Below, in pieces: positions 37,992 through 49,452 of a DNA stretch of 64,000 nt. Made by a program: the position numbers and the translations under genes. The notes under the pieces are model-generated. The model had not been told where the DNA came from and made no database searches. It was given only the letters and a program-made list of their open reading frames with translations. Origin of the DNA: Chrysomallon squamiferum (lineage: Eukaryota > Animalia > Mollusca); the NCBI GenBank assembly GCA_012295275.1, contig CM022672.1, positions 33,170,001 to 33,234,000 of the forward strand. Reading direction: 5' to 3'. How positions within the stretch are numbered: position 1 is the stretch's first letter; the number at the start of each line of letters is the position of its first letter.

Positions 37992-40074
37992 ATGCGTATG
38001 TGTCTGTGTGTCTGTGTGTGTAACAAATGTTAAAAACCTCACCTAAGATCATGTTTTCCTGAGTCAGCTGGTCTTTCATTTCCTGGTACTCTCCTCTCAG
38101 CGACATCAGCTGACTCTCGTTCTCCTCCTTTTCAGCATCTTTGGCTTGCTGCAGTCCTACCAGGCGGTCGTTCATGTCTGCCATCTCCTCAGCTGTCAAT
38201 TAATACAGTCACGTTTTATTTAACAGTCACAATCACTTTTTAAATAACAAGATAGCTAGAGAGATCACTGAAATCTGCCAGTTCCTCAGCTGTCAATTAA
38301 TACAGTCACGTTTTATTTAACAGTCACAGTCATTTTAAATAACAAGATAGCTAGATAGATCACTGGAATCTGACAGTTCCTCAGCTGTTAAATAGCAGTC
38401 ACTTCTTAAATAACAAAATAGCTCGAGAGAGATCACTGAAATCTGTCAGTTCCTCAGCTGTCAAAATACAGTCAATAACAGTCACAGTCAGTTCATTTTA
38501 ATTTAACAGTTCCTCAGCTGTCAAATTATACAGTCATGTTTTATTTAACAGTCGCAGTCACTTCTTAAATAACAAGATAGCTAGATAGATCACTGAAATC
38601 TGACAGTTCCTCAGCTGTCAAATTATACAGTCATGTTTTATTTAACAGTCACATAACTTCTTAAATAACAGTATATTTACAGCTTTGTTGATAGACAGAT
38701 AGACAGATAGATATTAGATAGAAGAAGATAGATATTAGAAAGAAATATCATTGAGATCTGCCAGTCCATCAGCTGTGAATTAATACAGACGTATTTTATT
38801 TAACAGTGAAATCATTTTGTAAATAACAATCACATTCACAGTTTATTTAACAGGTTTGTTTATAGACGAATAACCTACGACATGTATATAATCTGTATAG
38901 TCAAATATATATAATACCCTGGGTTTTAAAAAGAACAAATATATTTTAACAAATTATTCTAAAAACAAAAACATTACATTTGTACGAAAATTACTAAAGC
39001 TCTTTAATAACCAGATTCGTACAGAAATGCATAATCAATTGTGAAACCCTGATTGGAATGACAAAAATAATTTAAAATATTTCCTTCCTCAGAGCTTTAG
39101 TTTAGTTTAAAGTATAAAAGTATGTTCAGATAAATTATAGATATTTACTAACATTTGCTTTCCACTTGTCTCTTCCAAAAGGAAATTGTGTCCCTTTTAT
39201 CAGAATCCATCTGGTTGAACTTGTCCTGAAACTGGGTGTTACGCACTGTGAGTTCATCGCACTTTTTCTGATATCTGAAATTAGAGAATGCAACTTTTGA
39301 AATAAAATAATGATATTTGTTTGCTTTTTTATTTTTATAAATATAATCATATATAAACAGAAGCTGTCAGAAATATATATATATATTTGTGGCTAGCTGA
39401 ATAATAATAATAATAATAATAAGCTGTTTCTAATAATAATAATAATAATAATAATAAACAACTGTTTCTAAAGTTACAATTATGAATTATCAATTTATCG
39501 GTCCCAATTAAATTTATTTTTATAATTATTAAAAGTTGTATTAACATTGCTGCATAACTGCAATACTCAAAAAAGAATTACTAGCTTTTGTAATAATAAA
39601 AAATTAATATGATATGGTGCAACTAAACATTTAAAACAATAACATAATAACAATAACACAATAAAATAAATATTTCGTGACATTAAAAAGAAAAAGAAAA
39701 AATGTCTGTTATTAAAAAACGGCATCCTAGATAACTATGTAGTTGATAATTTTCTGGATGAATTAGAAAGAAATTGTGATTGTATACTACAGTATAGTAT
39801 ATCGAATGGTTTCGTAGTTTAGGTTCGGCCCCCACATTCTCTCTTTCTTTCGCTCTCAATAATTATTATAATTTTTAATACTTATTATTGTTAATAAAAC
39901 GTTTGTACTGTACCTTACTAATCTATTTTCAAGGTCCCTGATCTGGACTAAATAAAACTCTTTTGTGAGATCATTCAAAGGGTCGGTTTGTGTTTTACTT
40001 GGAGATCCACGTCCAGACTTCTTTCCGCTCTTTTTCCCCTTTTTCTTTCCACTCTTTTTCTTTTTGGGAGGCAT
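31389..40074 (-). CDS. CFAP157: Cilia- and flagella-associated protein 157 (C9orf117 homolog); exon 4 garbled in this sequence
   Basis: Exons 40074-39914, 39274-39153, 38192-38043, [~36980-36765 disrupted], 36140-35873, 35419-35289, 34724-34574, 33571-33369, 32816-32612, 31544-31389. Peptides KEFYLVQIRDLENRLVRYQKKCDEL, KDQLTQENMILG, RVNQVAAEFRKVS, ETTKRTIREN and GDLGLIPR match recalled CFAP157. Confidence 0.92.
31555..32120. repeat. (AAT)n-type microsatellite tract, representative of dozens of (AAT)n, (TAG)n, (CA)n, (AG)n and (TAAA)n tracts in introns
   Basis: Directly visible; such tracts generate most low-complexity ORFs in the track. Confidence 0.95.
36979..37275 (-). repeat. ~52-58-bp tandem repeat containing the putative CFAP157 exon 4 acceptor
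   Basis: Minus strand ttttcaag|GTAGCAAACTTACAT, ~5 copies; would read G-S-K-L-T in the expected phase. Confidence 0.75.
38186..38830 (-). repeat. ~60-155-bp (mostly ~95-bp) tandem repeat, ~7 copies, containing the CFAP157 exon 3 acceptor
   Basis: ctcagctgtcaa variants (minus strand: ttgacag|CTGAG) at ~38188, 38286, 38380, 38454, 38514, 38610, 38768. Confidence 0.9.
39683..39785 (+). pseudogene. Decayed fragment of PIGC exon 1 inside CFAP157 intron 1
   Basis: ggcatcctagataactatgtagttgataattttctggatgaattagaaagaaattgtga aligns to 40461-40519. Confidence 0.8.
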
Positions 40075-40379
40075 TTTGAAATTAGTTAAGTTTGGTTTCA
40101 AGAATAAATCTTATAACTGTGATCCTGCACGTCAGAATTTGGACCAAAATAAAGCAGCCGACACTGTTTACATGTCAGCTATATCTTTACTTGTTCGCCA
40201 TATTTGTTGCTATAATTCGTGACGTCACCTCCATAGAAACCAGAACAACACTGATTTCTTTTATTTTTATTCTTTTATCAGACTATTCAAAGTTTATTTA
40301 AAAGGATCATTAAAGTATTTTTATTTAATAATCTTCTAAAATAAAAATTATTAATATTTCTTTGAAATTCCGCACAACA
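40075..40379. promoter_or_regulatory. Compact bidirectional promoter CFAP157/PIGC
   Basis: Start codons are ~305 bp apart head-to-head. Contains forkhead core TGTTTAC (40165-40171), CRE palindrome GTGACGTCAC (40219-40228) and X-box-like half site CCATAGAAAC (40231-40240). Confidence 0.65.
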
Positions 40380-41112
40380 ATGTCATGTGATCAACGTCAG
40401 AACAAAATGGCAGCTCCCATCAAACGAAAGAAATGGAAGAAAATTCTTTATGCAGATCAAGGCGTCCCAGATAATTATGTAGATGACAGTTTTCTTGATG
40501 AATTAAAACGAAATTGTGAGTGCATCAGTCTATCAATTTCTCTCAATTAACTTTACAATAATTTTATTAATTCTTTGTAAATAATTTTATTAATTCTTTG
40601 TAAGATAATTTTTTGATAATATTAATAAACTATTTAAGGTAAAAAATAAAAAATAAATGTAATTTTTGTTTAGGAATAATAATAATAATAATAAAATTAT
40701 TCTGATTACAAGTAAATATTTATTTAAAATAAATTATTTTCAGATATCAGTTTTGTGTTTAAAGTAATAGGTTTCCCTCACAATACACGTTTTTGAATTA
40801 TTATTTTAGTATGGACACGAAGCTATGATTATTGGCAAGTAGTATATGAATCAGGAGTGGTAACACAGCAGCTTAGCAGGTTAGTAAATCAATCAGTTAA
40901 ATTGTTATAAGTAGTTTTAGTTGATTAAAGAACATTAAGGCTAGAATAAATGTTTATTATATTAATAATTTTAGGGTTTTATAATTATTTTTATATAAAT
41001 GTTTTCACTTCATAAAAGTTATAAAATGCAATATAATGTATGTAATGTAAAACTTAAAATAAAAAACAAACTCCCCCCACACTCATATCTATCTATCTAT
41101 CTATCTACACAC

Positions 41113-41172
<60 letters not shown>

Positions 41173-43606
41173 GCATCAGCTGTCAAAAAATACATAGCAA
41201 AGATTTAGAATAACTGAATGTATGTTTATCATAAAGAGATCATTACAATCATCCTGACCAAGTATCTGTAATATTTATACCAAAAAATCCAGCAAGTGTT
41301 AGTTTTTATTTAAAAAAGTTTAGTTCTGTCTGACATCTGAGCATTTGACAAAGAAGAAGAAGAAGAAGATTTTGAAATAAACAATACCTCTTAAAGAGAA
41401 AAATACCTTATTATGTATTTTTGTTTTGTTCTTATTTTATTTTTTTTAATTTTATTTTTTTTAATTTTTTTTTTCAAACCAGTATAAAATTATGTACAAT
41501 AAATAAATAAATAAATACACTTTTTTTTGGTATATTTTTACGAGCAATGATTATTTTATTACATATTTTTTATTAGATTTTCACACATTTTGTATTTATA
41601 ATTATAATTTATATACAGTCAACAACTAATATAATGTTCCGTTCCAACCATTTAGTTGTAAGTCAGTTTGGACATAAATTTTATATTATTATGTATAGTT
41701 CTGTACGTAATCATGTCTTCTCAACCTCAAGTAAATCAGTAAATCTGTCTGAATAATCTGTCTCAGTAAACCTCTTAGTTATATCAAATAAAACACTGAT
41801 CACTCTACAGTTTATAGATTTAAAAAAATAAAAATAAAAAAAAAAAAAAATAAAAAAAAATGAAAAAAGGGTAAAATAAAATTTTAAAAATAGCGCACAA
41901 AAACTTTAAGACACATTTCTTGATCACTGATCATGGGCAGTAAGCCAAAATTGTCCATGTCTTGGTTTGGTGGTTGACTTGTTTATATTTACAAACAGAT
42001 TGAGTTTGGTCAGAACTGTTGTTTTTTTTTTTAATACTTTCCTCTCTGAAATAAGGATGAAAAGCATAATACACTGGGTTTATTGGAGAAGTGAGAACCT
42101 ACATTAGTTGTAACACTGTTGTCAGAAATGCAGGAGCAGAGCTGTATTTATTATTATGTAATTGCATAATTCGTAAGTTGATGAATATTTTTTGTAAAAC
42201 TATTTCGTATTTTGTCGTTGACATGAAACGTCATTTTTTTAGTGTGTGTCTGTTTGGAGTCACCTTTGTCTACATGAATGAGAAGAAACTCTCTGCACAG
42301 CTGCTTTTCACCATGTCCAGCATCACCACACTTGTTGGCTACATTCTCAATGATGTTGTGGATGGTGGAGAGAGCAGAAAATTGTCAAAAAGAACCAGTA
42401 AGAACTGAATTTCTGAAATTTTAAAAAATTTATTTTTTTACGTTATTCTTTGTCAGTGCTATTATTTATTTATTAAATATGTTTATTTGCTGGAGTAAAA
42501 TGTAATTAAGTTTTGATAATAATAATAATAATAATAATAAAACAATAAATAAAAAAGAAGCACAAAAAATACTTGTGTTTTTATTATTTTTACAGCAAAT
42601 ACAAATAGGCTAATTTTGTATTTATGTACATGATAATTATACAAATATATGACCATGAATATATTTTGTATATACAGTAATAAAATAATAATAATAATAA
42701 TAAATGACAATGCTTTGTATATGCAGTGAAAATTTCCAAATAGTGACCCTCACTAACCTGAATTCCATTGAAACAGCACAGTTCATAATTGTTATTAGTA
42801 ATAATAATAATATTCATCTCATAATCATTAATAATAATAACAATAATTTGCTAATGATTTATTTATGATACTGTTGTTACAGTTTTCTGAAACCTACATT
42901 AATATTTTTATTTGTTATTTTTGACTTATTTATGTGTTTATTTATGTGTATGCGTGTTGTTGTCTTTTATCTTTTTAGTTTTTAGTTATATTTCTTATTT
43001 TTAAACAAATGTTATTTTATTAAAGAAATATTTCAATCATTTATTTTTGTCTAGGACTGGATGATTTGAAGACAGCTATTTTGTTTACTGGTTTCAGTTT
43101 TGGGTTGTCTCCCTTACTAGTCTCTCTCACTGAGACTATTAGCACAGACACCATATATGCGATGACCACAGTGATGCTGTTGGCAAACCTCGTCTTTCAC
43201 GACTACAGAGGCAGCGCAGCAATGTGAGTAGTTTCAGATTTGTCAACAAACATTTTGTAAATTTATTACAATAATACATATATTTGGGATTTGTTCAGTG
43301 AAAACCAAATATGCAATAAAACTAACTAAAATGAATAAATGAATGAATGAATGAATGAATGAAAAAACAAACAAACAAACAAACAAAGAAAAAGACAAAA
43401 TTAAACAAAGAAAAAGACTTATATTATTTTGTATTAAAAGGATTGTTGGTTAAAACAATCTGAAGGTAATATAATAACAAGATAACTAGAGTTAAAAACT
43501 GTTATTAAGAAAACAGTATGAGTACAGTTCATGAAAGGATTATATTTCAAAACAAAATTACTTTTGTCTTCAGCTGTTTTTTCCTTTGCAGCATCTTGTA
43601 TAATAT

Positions 43607-43658
<52 letters not shown>

Positions 43659-43879
43659 CATATATTGTTTACATATTTTATTTATTTGTTTATTTACTTA
43701 CAGTGTTTCTGGTGCTCTGTCTCTGAATGCAGCAACATTTGCCTCAGTGTGCCTTGCATCACGTCTACATACAACATGGCATGCATTTGCTACCGTCACG
43801 TTCTCATTTGAACTGTTTGCTCTGTGGCCTGTTCTCAGACGAAAACTCAAAGTACAACAGCTTTATAATAATAATAATA

Positions 43880-43918
<39 letters not shown>

Positions 43919-44546
43919 GATGATGATAATAATAGTAGATTCATGATGAATAATAATAATAATAATAACAGTTTTAATAAAAATAATAATAATAATAATA
44001 ATAACAACAATAATAATAACAGTAACAACAATAACAACAATGGCAACAACAATCATAATAGTTGTGGTTAGCAGCAGCAGTAGGAGTAGTAGTAGTAGTA
44101 GTAGTAATAATAACATTGATGATAGTAGTAGTAGCAGCAGTAGTAATAATAATAATATACTACTACTACTACTACTACTGCTATTACTACTAATAATAAT
44201 GGTGGTTGTAATAATATATAATTATACATTGTCTCTGTTCTTAATGAAACATTCATATAGTAATATAATGATAAAAACAGTTTTTTAATTCAAATGTTTC
44301 TAAAATATTTCACAGAAGATATAGCTCTCTTGCTGTTGATAAAGAGATTTTTAAAAACAAAACAGTTGAGAAGAATGTCTAAATGTTGTAACACCTACAA
44401 AGAAATTATATACATAAAATAAATAAACACAAACACACATACCTAAATAAATGGGCAAAACACTCATAATGACAGACACAAATACAGATAAAACACACAC
44501 ATACTTACTCATCTACTCCCCTGAACACATGCACATATGCACATAT

Positions 44547-44582
<36 letters not shown>

Positions 44583-44715
44583 CACATACAAAAGTATACG
44601 TATGCACTGATAAATACACACACACATACACAAACATCCATGCACACGAGCCCAAACACACACACACACACACAGACAGACAGAAAGAGAGACAGACACA
44701 CACACACACACACAC

Positions 44716-44754
<39 letters not shown>

Positions 44755-45073
44755 CACACACATACAGACCTGCTCTTTATTCACATCATATAAAAAAACG
44801 ATGTGTTTTTGTTGTTTACACAGACTAACTACCCCAAGACTCAGCCTGTGATGACAGCCATGCTAGGACTCACTGGTGTGATGATGTTGTTGTCAGTGAA
44901 CACTGCTGGTGCCGTCCTCTTTGCAGTTGTCAACATTTTCATCACTTTTGTCTGTCCATTCTGGCTCACAAAACTCCAGTTTTACAAAAAGTAAGGAAAT
45001 AATTTTTATTTTTTATTTCTTAAATATTACTGTTATTATTATTATTATTATTATTGTCATTTTCATTGTCGTT

Positions 45074-45124
<51 letters not shown>

Positions 45125-45198
45125 ATCATCATCAATACCATTGTTATTATGATTATGATTATTATTATTATTATATTATTATTATTATTATTATTATG

Positions 45199-45230
<32 letters not shown>

Positions 45231-45725
45231 TAATGCTTTTGAATCTCTCAGGAATTACAGGATGCACAAATATATAAGTAAACACACACACACACACACA
45301 CACAGAAAGAGATACATACACACAAAGACATGCATGTATAATATTAATATTACACAGAGATATACACACATGCATAACACGGATAGAAACCACACCCCAA
45401 CACACAACCTGCCAACAAATGACTGTTATAATCACTTCTTTTTACTACTAAATTAATTATTAATATTTTATCTTTCAGTAATATTCAGGGAATTAATTAA
45501 CATTATTTTGTTTTTCAGTAATATTCAGGTAATTAATTAATTTATTTTTATCTTTCAGTAATATTCAGGGAATTAATTAACATTATTTTTGTCTTTCAGT
45601 AATATTCAAGGAATTAATTAACATTATTTTGTTTTTTGGTGGTAGTTAGAGAATTAATTAATATAATTTTATTTTTCAGTAATATTCATGGACCTTGGGA
45701 TGAAGCAGTTCCTGTTAAGGATTGA
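40380..45725 (+). CDS. PIGC: Phosphatidylinositol N-acetylglucosaminyltransferase subunit C (GPI2)
   Basis: Exons 40380 (or ATG 40407)-40515, 40810-40879, 42243-42397, 43055-43223, 43704-43851, 44824-44990, 45680-45725. Signature motifs [45 protein letters not shown] and [11 protein letters not shown]. Confidence 0.95.
45452..45690 (+). repeat. ~40-bp tandem repeat, ~6 copies, containing the PIGC last-exon acceptor
   Basis: tttcag|TAATATTCA at ~45478, 45518, 45558, 45599 and the true site at 45679. Confidence 0.92.
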
Positions 45726-46981
45726 GAAACATAACAAATGTAGCCATGGTTACAAACCACTGCCATGACAACAACAACAACAAAACATAGATCTGACAGT
45801 TTGTTATAAAAGGGAATATTTTGAGCAGAATGTATAAGAATGATCTGTCAGAAAAAAATATAAAAAATCCAGTGTTAATTTGAGATGGATTTATGAGATG
45901 GATCTGTCAGTCATTAGAATCTTAAGAGTGGATCTGACACCATACTAGATGGATCTGACATTGAAAAAATATGATGATGGATCTGAAAAAGACAACAGAA
46001 TCAAAATGTTGGATCTGACAGAGAAATATTCATTGTGGATCTGATACTGAAACTAGTTATTTGTCTGATGCTAGTCTGTGTCTGTCTGTCTGTCTGTGTG
46101 TGTGTCTGTGTGCTGGATCACAGAGTAAAACCAGCAGATCAGATCTGAGTTTTGATCCTCTAAAATGGATCGGAGAATTAAAACTTTATTTGATTTTAGA
46201 GTACGTGATTCAAAGATTAAAAAGTCATGAATTTGAGTATGTTGGTGTGTCCATATAAGTATGTTCTAACAACAGTATTCAGGAATGAAACTGCTGTGGG
46301 TATATGAAGAAGACTAAACTTCATACAGTTTGTTTGTGCCATTTAATATTTGTTAATACGTTTGTTGGAGAAATATTCAAGCATGCTAGCTGTGAACCAT
46401 CTTCAGACTGACAAAAGAGTAATCTCCAACATAGATGATTTCCTAATATCAAAAACATTAATTCATCTGAAATGCAGAGAAATTCCTCAAAGACACTTGG
46501 GATATTAATATATGGTAAAAACTGTCATTGTTGCTATTTTGAAGATCTGTAATTGTCTGCCAGTATTGGTCAGGTGTGTGAGGATGTTACCAGGGTGACT
46601 GCAGTGAAAGAGAGTTCAAGAGAGAAGAGAGAATATCTGGCAAGGGAGAAAGATGTTTGGGCCAATTCTCTGCAATATAATTACTATCATCTATAATGTT
46701 GTACAATCAGACAGAGAAATTAAAAGCATAATAGAGATCGAACTTGTGTAGAATATATATATATGGAGATAATATATACATGTGATAACAGTTTAAACTT
46801 GCACTGGGCAGACATGTAATTATTATGGGATTATCCATCCATCTGTTCATTTGTTATACTTTTCATTAATATTTGTTCCATTTGGAGGCAGCAATATCAA
46901 TCATATAATTATTGGTTGTGATGTTGGACCTAATCAGACTGATTAATTTAATGTGCATGTTTAAAATATTCTTTTAATGTT

Positions 46982-47032
<51 letters not shown>

Positions 47033-48068
47033 TGTTTGTATATTGTTACTGAGTATAGATAATACACTAACGTAATAGTAACATTGTACTGTTTTGAACT
47101 AAGTTTACACAGTTCACTGTATGATGTATGAAAAATAAATTATATACTTTTTAATTAACTGTTTTCTGTTTTATTTTACAATCATCAATAACAAAGTAGA
47201 AAAGAAACACACGTACACACACACACACACACACATAACAACTCTATTTTTAGTAATGAAAGGTTCTTGTAGACTGATGGTTTCCTTTCTAGAAGTTAAA
47301 AAGAAGTACAGAAAGGGAGGTAATTTAACAACATTGCTTGTTTACCTTCTGTATAAATAGTTCTGCAGGACATTCGTGAAAGAAAAAAGAAAAAAAAGAA
47401 GAAAACAAAACAACCTTCAAAATATTTGAAATTATAGTTTATTCAAATACTGTTAATACTGCATTTTATCAGTTCAGAATGTTTTATACATTTTAAATTT
47501 TTTTATCATGTAAGAAAAAGCACACACAAACAATAACAACATTTAAAAAAAAAAAAAAAAAAAAAAACACCTGATAATTAAATATCAGAAAAAACAACAA
47601 CATAAAATTAAAACAATTGGACGAAAAGAATTGCAAATTAAAAATTTTCCCTTCATTTTGTTGTTTTTATTTTTGACCAGTCAAAAATGTTCCTCTATCT
47701 GCTTTGGTCTGAATGTTTAAAGAAAAAACAACAAAGTTAATGTAATAATTGGTGTCCAAGTGTTCAGTTGGCGGGCCGGACTAAAATCAGCCGACCCCCG
47801 ATTTAAAGTTATGTTGATGAAAACATTCTCTTGGATCACAATTTCGCAAAAGTAAACGTTAGAACATGTATGTTTGTATATTTATATATTTTAATTTTGA
47901 AAATGTTTAAAGTGAAATATCTAGTCCAGTCACGAGATGAATAACGTTTAACGAAAATTGATTAATACTTTTACAGTTTCTATTTATGAGGGTCATGAGA
48001 CATTTTAAACGACAGTAACGTATCACAGAGAAATGGGAGGGGGAGGGGAATGGTTTCCATGTTTCTCA

Positions 48069-48374
48069 TCATAAATATTTATGAAAATATTCTGCATTTT
48101 CTTGAACCCATTCTTCAAAACATTTCAGGTTTGGATGTATCATCTTGGTGTGATTGATGTTGAAAATCTGGTCAACACGAAGACGAAATGTGAACAGATT
48201 CGCCCAATCGCTAACTCCCGGAAAATCCTTTTTGTATCGATACTCGTTAACCGTCAGCTGAAAGAATACATTTTGATAATCGAGGATTATGACGATAATA
48301 ATATCGATAACAATAAAAAATATATTAATAGTAGCAGTAGTAATAATAATATAAACAACAAAAATAACAACAGC

Positions 48375-48424
<50 letters not shown>

Positions 48425-48877
48425 TAACAATAATTTTAATTACAATTATTTTATATTCTTTTATTACAGAATTATACATTTTCTTTTTTTCTTTTTCTTA
48501 ATAATCATTACAATTGTAATCCCAGTTATGTAGCAATAATAATAATAATAATACCCCCCCCCCAAAAAAAAAAGAAAAAAAAAAAAAGATTTAATTTTGA
48601 CCAATCAAACAACTGTTTACATAATGCACAATTTTACCGCTTACCGGTTTGTCTGCGAATGTTTTCGGTCTAAGGACACGAGTCAATATGGCGGCGATGT
48701 CTCGTATTGTTAAGATGTCGCCACACATTCCGATTGTTCTATCGAGAAATGTGTCTCCGTTTTTAAATATCTGTCTCACTACTATACCCAAGTCATCCAA
48801 ACCTATCAGATGCATCGGGGTCGTACCCATCGGAATTTCTGTAAAATAAACGATTTTTTTTTTTGTAACTAATGCAT

Positions 48878-48919
<42 letters not shown>

Positions 48920-49330
48920 TTATTTAAAGTAAAGCAATACATTTTATTATTTTTTTGTTTATATATATATATATGTTTGGTTGTTGTTTTTTTGCTGCAA
49001 AATATTTTGTTCATATCGATCGTGTTTCTTATGACGTCATTCTGAAATTGTAAACTAATGTTGTTCAAATGTTTGCATCACGCTCAGTATAACATTACAT
49101 CAGTTCAAAAAGGTTATAACTGATGCAATGACTAATTGCAAATAGCTGTAAAGAAATAGGCTTCATTCAGAAACTAATACTGAAAACAAACAAAAAATAA
49201 ACCCATTCATTTTATATATAAAATTTGTCGTGGACATATATTGACATAAATAATTCATTTACTTAAATAAAGACTTAGAGTTAGGGTATTTTCTCATTTT
49301 AAAGCCCTTTTAAATTATTATTATTATTAC

Positions 49331-49367
<37 letters not shown>

Positions 49368-49399
49368 AATGTATAAAGTATTCTCAGCTAATATATATC

Positions 49400-49452
<53 letters not shown>

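Noticed and set aside
45790-46150. CRISPR-like repeat/spacer appearance
   Set aside because: Core only 6-9 nt, irregular spacing, no cas genes, eukaryotic context.
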